This document shows positions 57,472 through 64,000 of a DNA stretch of 64,000 nt, piece after piece. The notes under the pieces were generated by a model, which had not been told where the DNA came from, searched no databases, and worked only from the letters and a program-made list of their open reading frames with translations. Source of the DNA: an uncultured Eubacteriales bacterium (GTDB lineage Bacteria; Bacillota; Clostridia; Oscillospirales; Acutalibacteraceae). Position numbers and translations under genes: made by a program. The stretch covers positions 420 to 64,419 of the forward strand of contig CASPLG010000005.1 of NCBI GenBank assembly GCA_949422855.1, read 5' to 3'. The first letter of the stretch is position 1. The number at the start of each line of letters is the position of its first letter.

Positions 57472-58149
57472 TCAAGAGTTTTGGTAAATATCCCTCACAC
57501 TTAAGAGTATTTCTTTCTGTATTTCTTCCACAGTTCTCAACTTATTGTCTTTTACGCAATCTACAATCTTCCATTTGCCGTTTTTCGCTCCATACTCAGC
57601 TGCATCAAAACACAAATTCAAAAACTCTACATTGGATTCATGCAAATCTTTACGTGAGGAATCTCCGGAATATCTCTTATCCATAAGTCTCTGCGAAACC
57701 TCAATCGGAACCTTCAAATAAAAAGTTATATCGGGCACAGGAAGCCCTAATTTATTATATTCGTAATCATACAGCCACGTTAAATACTCATTCCACTTGT
57801 CCTTTTTTAGTTTCGGCATCTGATACAAAGAATTAGAACAAACATATCTGTTTGCAATTATTAATTTTCCTTGACTGTAATCCTTTTCCCAGTCTTTCTT
57901 ATAGCTTGAAAATCTATCCACGGCAAAAAAGGACGAAACTGCGTAAGGGTTTATTTCCTTGGGGTCATCCCCAAATTCACCACCCAGATACATACTCACA
58001 AGCGCAGACGATTTACTCTCATAATCGGGGAAAGATACATATTTTACCCTATCAGGATACAGCTCCTTCATATTATCATAAAGCAGCTTACTCTGCGTTT
58101 CCTTCCCACTGCCGTCGAGCCCTTCTATATCCACTATAATGCCCCTCAT
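57472..58149 (-). CDS. tmk: Thymidylate kinase-like nucleoside monophosphate kinase (type I / eukaryote-like pattern)
   Basis: The product has a P-loop ([11 protein letters not shown]), FP.Y..........YL, DR(F/W) and (A/D)RY. The ATG at 58149 overlaps the thyX stop (ATGA). Confidence 0.7.
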   Translation of the reverse strand: MRGIIVDIEGLDGSGKETQSKLLYDNMKELYPDRVKYVSFPDYESKSSALVSMYLGGEFGDDPKEINPYAVSSFFAVDRFSSYKKDWEKDYSQGKLIIANRYVCSNSLYQMPKLKKDKWNEYLTWLYDYEYNKLGLPVPDITFYLKVPIEVSQRLMDKRYSGDSSRKDLHESNVEFLNLCFDAAEYGAKNGKWKIVDCVKDNKLRTVEEIQKEILLSVRDIYQNS

Positions 58150-58922
58150 TGTAGACTTCCCTTCAGCTCTGCAAATTCTTTCTTTACCTGTGCAGCCTTG
58201 CGGCACGACATTTTACCTTCTCTGCACACATCTCTCACACAAGAAGGCCCCGCATTTTTGAATACATCGGGTGCGATTTGCGAAACAATTCTTAACATTT
58301 CTTTTGAAAGTTCTCTTATTTCCCACTGTGCACGATTGCAACATCTCTGAGAGAAAAAGTTTAATAGACTCCTTGCATTAAACGTGCAAATTATCTTCGT
58401 CTCGCACGCATTCGGCAAAACAAATCTCGCATCCTCTATGGCTCTCTTTTCAGCTAACCTCCCCGCCTGTACTTCGTCCATACCGTGGGATATATATTCA
58501 TCTTTATAACTACTCTGTAAAATCGAAGTTATCTTATTGTAGCTTTCCTGTGCCTTATTCATAGCAGAAATAAACTCATTTTTCGCCTCTTCAGATTCCT
58601 CTACCTCCGGAGGCACAATATAATCAAATTGATTTTCTTTTACGTACCTTTGGCTTTGTACACTGTAAGATGCAATTCTATGCCTTGTAAGCTGTGCCAA
58701 TAAAGCCCTCGATACACCTTCTATCCCAAACGTAAAACTTATATGCTCCAGCGGGCTTTCATGTCCCATGCCTGCCAGCATGTCCACAAAAGAAGATACT
58801 TTTTCATCTGTCAGCTTTTCCCTTGTCCGCTCTATCGAACAAGATGAATAACAAAGTCTAGCCGCCGATGCAATTAGTTTCTCCGGTTCTGGCGTATATG
58901 CCAGTAATTCCACTTTTAACAA
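58146..58922 (-). CDS. thyX: FAD-dependent thymidylate synthase ThyX
   Basis: The ThyX motif [14 protein letters not shown] is present. The start is probably the TTG at 58922 ([11 protein letters not shown]...), 9 nt after an AGGAGG that lies inside the ORF-track extension. Confidence 0.9.
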   Translation of the reverse strand: MLKVELLAYTPEPEKLIASAARLCYSSCSIERTREKLTDEKVSSFVDMLAGMGHESPLEHISFTFGIEGVSRALLAQLTRHRIASYSVQSQRYVKENQFDYIVPPEVEESEEAKNEFISAMNKAQESYNKITSILQSSYKDEYISHGMDEVQAGRLAEKRAIEDARFVLPNACETKIICTFNARSLLNFFSQRCCNRAQWEIRELSKEMLRIVSQIAPDVFKNAGPSCVRDVCREGKMSCRKAAQVKKEFAELKGSLQ

Positions 58923-59087
58923 AATTATTTTCCTCCTCATAACTTATAGAGCTAGATAAATTATATCAAAACCTCTAAAATCATTCAATTACATTGAAAT
59001 TAAAAGCCTCGCTTTATTAATTGAGAGAATAATTTTGTCCTTGTATGCAAAAAATAAATATAATCCAGCCTTGAGGAGGAATAATTT

Positions 59088-59408
59088 GTGAAAAATAAAT
59101 TTGTGGCTTTAGGATTTTTCGTCATTATGTGTGTAATTTTCGTATTCTGCGTCAACCAAAAATCAGATAAAAACAGCGGGAATGCTTCCGACATGCCCCC
59201 GATGGAAAATAAATCAAATCTACTCTACGTCGTGAAAGAATATAACGGAAATATCGCCGTCTTTGAAGAAAACAGCGACACACCCTTTAAAGTCACAGAC
59301 GTCCGACTCAGCGATTTCCCCGATGAAGACAGAAAACTTTTAAACAAAGGAATTGAAGCCTCTTCCTCACAAGAACTAAGCTGTATCCTTGAGGATTACT
59401 GCAGTTAA
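59088..59408 (+). CDS. Small membrane-anchored protein with BofC C-terminal-domain-like region
   Basis: The GTG start lies 7 nt after a GGAGGA SD and the product has an N-terminal TM/signal segment. YVVKEYNGNIAVFEE...PFKVTDVRLSDFPDEDRKLLNKGIEASSSQELSCILEDY resembles B. subtilis BofC (GVSDNGVISTFHG...IDLERLES..QKNLLKGIPFRTKAEFEDVIEHM). Confidence 0.5.
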   Translation: MKNKFVALGFFVIMCVIFVFCVNQKSDKNSGNASDMPPMENKSNLLYVVKEYNGNIAVFEENSDTPFKVTDVRLSDFPDEDRKLLNKGIEASSSQELSCILEDYCS

Positions 59409-60691
59409 TTTATTATTTTCATTACATTTAAAATTTCTTGTTTGTTTTCTTCCTTATCAAGATAGGCACTTGAGTAAAGAGAAAAACCATTATATCCTTC
59501 TTTCCTTAAGTACTCAATCTGCTTCATGATAACATCATCTGAATCAAGCCAGGTACCTTTATCGTACTGTGAAGTTCCCGTTTTGTAAAGTCCAAGTCCC
59601 GCATAGAGCTTAACTTTGTCACATGAAACTAATTTTCTCCAGTCAGAGGCTGCTCTGTCAAACGGTAAAATTGGATTGACTGAATTTGTATATATTTCCG
59701 GGCACAGGTAATCTACATATCCCTCGTATTTTGCCCATGTATCAATGTCGGCTCCTCCACTGCGTGCATTATCAAAATTCCCCTGGGGACATATTCCAAA
59801 TACCACATCGCTTTTTATGGATTTTATTTGTAGATAAATTTCTTTTATAAGCAGATTTATATTTTCTTTCCTTCTTTTAATGACACTTTCCTTGTCGTTT
59901 CTATCAGCTTTCTTGCACGGCTCGTCATAGCTTTTATCAACCCACAGGTTATTGGAAGGATAAAAATAATCATCGAAATTTATACCATCTATATCATAGC
60001 CCTCTACAACTTCTTTAACCCCATCAGAAATAATTTTTCTCACTTCATCGTACTCCGGGTCATAATATGTATATTCTTTGTCCTCCACGACATATTTGTT
60101 AAACTTATCAATATCCTCTCTCTTCCATTTAACACAAGGATTCAACTCCGACAAATCCTCCGGAAATTTTACGTTTTTAATCCTCATAGGGACAATCCAT
60201 GCATGAAACTCAATGTTTCTTGAATGCGTCTCATCCACCATGAACTTCAAAGGGTCAAAACCCGGATTTTTTCCCTGCACTCCCGTCAATATATGCGACC
60301 AAGGAAATATCTTTGAAGGATAAAGTGCATCACTGAAGGGTCTTATTTGTACAAAAACAGCATTTAATTTAGTTTTTTCTACTCTGTCAAGAATGTTTCT
60401 GTAGTTTTGTTTGAAACTCTGCTCGCTAAACTCGCCTTTAACCTGTAAATCCATAAAAGGAATCCATACAGCCTTAAGTTCCTTATCGTTCACCCTCCAT
60501 GGCTTATCTTGATTTTTACTCTCACATGTATTAAATACTTTTTCCTCATTTTCTGTACTGTTTTTTGCTTGTTCGATATCTTTTGTCAAACTCCCTCTGC
60601 TGGCGTTAAACACCGATGCTATAAAAATAGTCGCCGCAAGCACCCCAAAAGACACAGATATACTTAAAACCCTTCTGGCAAACCTCTTCAT
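59405..60691 (-). CDS. Glycoside-hydrolase-like GHL10 family (YngK-like) lipoprotein/secreted protein
   Basis: The product has a signal/anchor segment, then AVWIPFMDL, NAVFVQIRPFSDALY.S...PWS..LTG..G..PGFDPL.F.V.E.H.R.IEFHAW. Confidence 0.8.
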   Translation of the reverse strand: MKRFARRVLSISVSFGVLAATIFIASVFNASRGSLTKDIEQAKNSTENEEKVFNTCESKNQDKPWRVNDKELKAVWIPFMDLQVKGEFSEQSFKQNYRNILDRVEKTKLNAVFVQIRPFSDALYPSKIFPWSHILTGVQGKNPGFDPLKFMVDETHSRNIEFHAWIVPMRIKNVKFPEDLSELNPCVKWKREDIDKFNKYVVEDKEYTYYDPEYDEVRKIISDGVKEVVEGYDIDGINFDDYFYPSNNLWVDKSYDEPCKKADRNDKESVIKRRKENINLLIKEIYLQIKSIKSDVVFGICPQGNFDNARSGGADIDTWAKYEGYVDYLCPEIYTNSVNPILPFDRAASDWRKLVSCDKVKLYAGLGLYKTGTSQYDKGTWLDSDDVIMKQIEYLRKEGYNGFSLYSSAYLDKEENKQEILNVMKIIN

Positions 60692-60729
60692 AGATTAATT
60701 TACAGCTCCCTTTCCCAGCGTCCAAAAAC

Positions 60730-61728
60730 TTAAATTACAAATCCAACCTTTTTTTTGACCTCATTTAATACCTCTTCTGAAATTTCTAAAGCAGTTTTGT
60801 CAGCCTTTTTATATTTCTCCTCTAGGTACACTATATCTGACATGTATTTTTTAAACTCATCTTGTATTGGTCTTAGTTTTTCTATTACTGCCTGCGCAAC
60901 AGAAGTTTTAAACGTTCCGTAACCCCTACCCTCAAATTCCTTTTCAACTTCATCTATCGTCTTATCCGTAACTGCTGAATATATATTAATTAAATTGTTA
61001 ATCCCGGTCTTTTGTTCATGGTTAAATCTTACCTCAGAGTTTGAGTCCGTGACTGCTCTCTTAAATTTTTTCAGTATATCTTCGGGTCTGTCCAACAAAA
61101 AAACTGAGGCGTTCGCATTTTCGTCCGATTTAGACATCTTGGAATCCGGTTTTTGCAGCGACATCACCCTGGCCCCCGCCTTTGGTATAAAACTCTCAGG
61201 AAGTGTGAATGTCTGACCGTATATACTGTTAAACCTCTGCGCAATATCCCTCGTTAGCTCCACGTGCTGCCTCTGATCCTCCCCCACCGGAATTAAATCG
61301 GCATTGTAAAGCAAAATATCTGCCGCCATTAACGACGGATACGTAAAAAGTCCTACATTTATATTTCCTGAGTACTTCCTCGATTTGTCCTTAAATTGCG
61401 TCATCCTGCTAAGCTCCCCGAACTGAGTATAGCAATTAAGTATCCAGGCTAGCTCGGAGTGCGTATGAACATGGCTTTGTATAAAAAACGTACTTTTATC
61501 AGGATCAACTCCGCACGCCAAAAATAAAGCGTACAATTCTATTGTATTTTTATGAAATTCCTCCGGGTTTTGCCGGACTGTTATCGTGTGCAAATCTGCC
61601 AGTGCAAAAATACATTTGTATTTATCCTGAAAATCTATCCAGTTCTTGACAGCACCCAAATAATTCCCCAAAGTTAACGCCCCACTCGGCTGAACCGCAC
61701 TAAATATTACCTTTTTTCCCTTATCCAT
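60730..61728 (-). CDS. trpS: Tryptophan--tRNA ligase
   Basis: The product has a class I HIGH-like motif (TLGNYLG), GEDQRQH and KMSKS. Confidence 0.95.
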   Translation of the reverse strand: MDKGKKVIFSAVQPSGALTLGNYLGAVKNWIDFQDKYKCIFALADLHTITVRQNPEEFHKNTIELYALFLACGVDPDKSTFFIQSHVHTHSELAWILNCYTQFGELSRMTQFKDKSRKYSGNINVGLFTYPSLMAADILLYNADLIPVGEDQRQHVELTRDIAQRFNSIYGQTFTLPESFIPKAGARVMSLQKPDSKMSKSDENANASVFLLDRPEDILKKFKRAVTDSNSEVRFNHEQKTGINNLINIYSAVTDKTIDEVEKEFEGRGYGTFKTSVAQAVIEKLRPIQDEFKKYMSDIVYLEEKYKKADKTALEISEEVLNEVKKKVGFVI

Positions 61729-61844
61729 TTTTATCCGTCCCCTCTTTTTGATAAGTCACTTCTAAATTTCCTTTTCCTTAGTACTATTTTCTTTAATAGA
61801 AAAAAATTTTTTATAAATTTGAAAAAATATTCACACAAAATTTT

Positions 61845-62846
61845 TTATATTTGCCTGTTTACAAGAGTCGTTCCGGGATAATACCATTGTAAAATTTGTT
61901 TGTAATCTGCTCCTTGTTTTGCCATGAACTGTGCTCCATACTGGCTCATTCCTACTCCATGACCATGACCTCTGACTTTAAAAATAAATTTTTCATTACC
62001 ATACTCCACGTCAAAGTCAGCAGACCTGAGTGAAAACATAGTCCTCACCTCTCTGCCGTTCGTTCTGTGCCCACAAATGCTAACGCTCTTTACCATGCCG
62101 GCGTCTGTCCTTTCAATATCTCTTATCCACTGTGCGGGCTCTGCCTCAAAATTACAATCACTCCAGCTTTTCCCCAATATTTCTTTGAATTCTTCCAGGC
62201 TAAACTCTGCTGATGTTTCATATCCCTCAGCATGTTTGTCTCCCGGGCTGGAAACGTTTGTAAGATATTTTAAATCCCCACCAAATACGTCCTTGGATTT
62301 CTCCGTTGTGCCCGACGACATGGCATGATAAACTGCAAGTATAAGATTATCACCATCCTCCAGGACTTGCCCAAAAACTGTGTCGACTGCACTTTTTATT
62401 TTATTATACCTTTCTTCAAATTTATCCCCCCATTTCGATTTCATTCCCTGTACATCAGCATAATATTTCCATTTACCCGAATTAACGGTAAATTCTGCCT
62501 CTCCCTCACCATTCTTCTTTTGAAATTCCTGTTTTGCACGACTGAAATACGTATACGACGCCACAGCTTGAGCCTTTAACGCTTCAGTTTCAAAAGATGC
62601 CGGCATTTCTGTTGCAACCGTTCCACAAATAAACTCTTTTTCGGGAATTTTAACCGTCTTATTTACCGCTTCGTCAAAAACACAAAAATACCGCTCGTCC
62701 GAATTTTGATTATTCCGGTTTTTACCTGCATCTGATAAACCCGGAGCTCTGCCTTTGCTTATCACTATAGATAAAAGAGGAATAAAAACCATACAAACGA
62801 ACATAATTAATAAAAAAAACATATTCCTTTTTATTTGAAACCGCAT
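61845..62846 (-). CDS. spoIID: Stage II sporulation protein D (SpoIID/LytB domain lytic transglycosylase)
   Basis: The product has a TM anchor, EALKAQAVASYTY, VYHAMSSGTTE and GHGHGVGMSQYGA. Confidence 0.85.
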   Translation of the reverse strand: MRFQIKRNMFFLLIMFVCMVFIPLLSIVISKGRAPGLSDAGKNRNNQNSDERYFCVFDEAVNKTVKIPEKEFICGTVATEMPASFETEALKAQAVASYTYFSRAKQEFQKKNGEGEAEFTVNSGKWKYYADVQGMKSKWGDKFEERYNKIKSAVDTVFGQVLEDGDNLILAVYHAMSSGTTEKSKDVFGGDLKYLTNVSSPGDKHAEGYETSAEFSLEEFKEILGKSWSDCNFEAEPAQWIRDIERTDAGMVKSVSICGHRTNGREVRTMFSLRSADFDVEYGNEKFIFKVRGHGHGVGMSQYGAQFMAKQGADYKQILQWYYPGTTLVNRQI

Positions 62847-62976
62847 TATTCATCCTGTCCTCATATTATGAATATTATTAGTTGACTTTGTAGACGCATT
62901 TAATGTAATATTATAGTATATTCATATGTTTTACTTGCTCTCTTATGAATTATTTTCTATTTTGGAGGTTGTTAAA

Positions 62977-63789
62977 ATGAAGTCAAAAATGCAATGGATT
63001 ATATTTGTTTTTTCATTGTTAACCCTTGTTCCACTTAAACTCTATTCCTCTATTGCGGGAACGGGATTTGAAAAATCACCAATATTCTTCTCTTTTTCAC
63101 TGGTAATTATGGCGGTGTTTTTTGTATTTTGCTTTTTGTCAAAAGACCGCATTACTTGTTTCCGCTCAGTTAGAAATCCGTACATAGGGATAATCAGCCT
63201 GGCGGTGAGTGCATCGTTTGTATGGAATGCTGCCGAATACATAATTGCCGGTGCCCTCTCCCACGACGGATTCCTCCAAACCCTTTTAATGTTCATATTT
63301 TCAGCTGCATCTGCTGTAACCTTCATATTCATCGCACTTAACTATTTCTCAGGGAAAAATATGTTTACTAAAGCCCAAATCTTGATTCTTTTCCCCACGC
63401 TGTGGTTTATAATTAAAATGGTTTCGTACCTCAATATAACAAACGACGTACCCGACCAATATGATGTAACCCTCAGCGCATTTATGCTGCTGTTTCTCTT
63501 TAATCATTCCCAGCTTTTCGTCACGTCAACCGATATAAATGTTACAAAAAGACTGTTTATGTTTGGACTGCCATCTGTTTCCTGTTCGCTGATGTTCTGT
63601 GTTCCGGAAATCATACATCTGATCAAAAATATACAAAACAGTTCCAATCAGATTGACATAGTTAGCGGGCAGCTTCAAATCTCTACAGTCATAACTCAAT
63701 TAATCCTAGGTATATACACATGTTTCGTACTGATAGATATACAAAAACAAATAGATTTGAGCAAAAAAACTGTTTCTGAGCAAGATTAA
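62977..63789 (+). CDS. Polytopic membrane protein, hypothetical
   Basis: About 7 hydrophobic helices are present and I recognise no family. The ATG at 62977 is preceded by a GGAGG SD. Confidence 0.55.
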   Translation: MKSKMQWIIFVFSLLTLVPLKLYSSIAGTGFEKSPIFFSFSLVIMAVFFVFCFLSKDRITCFRSVRNPYIGIISLAVSASFVWNAAEYIIAGALSHDGFLQTLLMFIFSAASAVTFIFIALNYFSGKNMFTKAQILILFPTLWFIIKMVSYLNITNDVPDQYDVTLSAFMLLFLFNHSQLFVTSTDINVTKRLFMFGLPSVSCSLMFCVPEIIHLIKNIQNSSNQIDIVSGQLQISTVITQLILGIYTCFVLIDIQKQIDLSKKTVSEQD

Positions 63790-63796
63790 ATATAAA

Positions 63797-63834
63797 AATA
63801 CAGCATTGAAAATGAATTTGATGCTGTATTTTGT
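63797..63834 (+). terminator. Rho-independent terminator
   Basis: AATACAGCAT-(14 nt)-ATGCTGTATT (10 bp) runs into a TTTTG tract, 8 nt after the stop. Confidence 0.6.
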
Positions 63835-63938
63835 TCCCTTTTACGGTAAAATATGTATACACAAGATTATTTTATACTATAATAAGTACTATAAATTATA
63901 TTTTTACTTAAATGAAAGTTTCTTAGGAGGAATTCTTT

Positions 63939-64000
63939 ATGTCAATTAAGATAGGTATTAATGGATTTGGAAGAATAGGGAGGCTCGTATTCAGAGCCGC
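63939..64000 (+). CDS. gap: Glyceraldehyde-3-phosphate dehydrogenase, 5' end only (runs off the window)
   Basis: MSIKIGINGFGRIGRLVFRA is the canonical GAPDH N-terminus, and an AGGAGG SD lies 8 nt upstream. Confidence 0.85.
   Translation, partial: MSIKIGINGFGRIGRLVFRA

Noticed and set aside
61729-61844. A T-box leader was expected upstream of trpS.
   Set aside because: Only 116 nt separate trpS from the spoIID stop, and there is no T-box (AATTAGGGTGGTACCGCG-like) sequence or terminator/antiterminator pair.
1-64000. I scanned for CRISPR arrays, tRNA/rRNA genes, transposases, integrases, toxin-antitoxin pairs and recognisable phage-defence genes.
   Set aside because: None was recognised. There are no regularly spaced identical DNA repeats, no cloverleaf-like GC-rich 75-nt islands in the intergenic regions, and no ORF with recombinase, nuclease-NTPase or abortive-infection signatures.

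Overview
This 64-kb window comes from a low-GC, endospore-forming Firmicute, Clostridia-like by gene content and order (spoIID, spoVAC, a BofC_C-like gene and a Spo0A_C-domain gene are present). I call about 57 protein genes, roughly 80% on the minus strand. Most are conserved housekeeping blocks: lysA-engB-lon-clpX-clpP-tig; rnhB-rbgA-lepB-lepB-rplS; yigZ-dgt-dnaG-rpoD; rpmE; a shortened division/cell-wall block mraY-ftsW-murG-murA-ftsQ-ftsZ; nfnAB; efp; hpf; yebC; a class B PBP; mltG; thyX-tmk; trpS; spoIID; and the 5' end of gap. I saw no rRNA, tRNA, CRISPR array, transposase or integrase. The non-core content worth a second look is as follows. (1) A 9.06-kb gene between efp and hpf encodes a 3020-aa secreted, C-terminally membrane-anchored protein built from about 30 divergent ~90-aa modules. 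It has a near-consensus sigma-A promoter overlapped by two Spo0A-box-like motifs. (2) A self-contained bicistronic unit between mltG and the PBP gene encodes two paralogous small proteins. They share a Nif11-like leader-type N-domain, an AG cleavage-like motif and an identical extreme C-terminal IW(K/E)V motif. (3) A 132-aa ORF next to rplS has a textbook double-glycine leader followed by a Trp/Cys-rich zinc-ribbon-like region. (4) A 580-bp ORF-free intergenic region holds phased direct repeats, including a perfect WalR-type TGTAAC-N5-TGTAAC box, upstream of a YabE/YocH-like 3D-domain gene. (5) A membrane-anchored Spo0A_C-domain protein runs off the left edge. (6) There is a standalone DUF2156 (MprF C-terminal-like) plus GNAT pair. 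All functional calls rest on by-eye motif and family recognition of the supplied translations. No searches were run.
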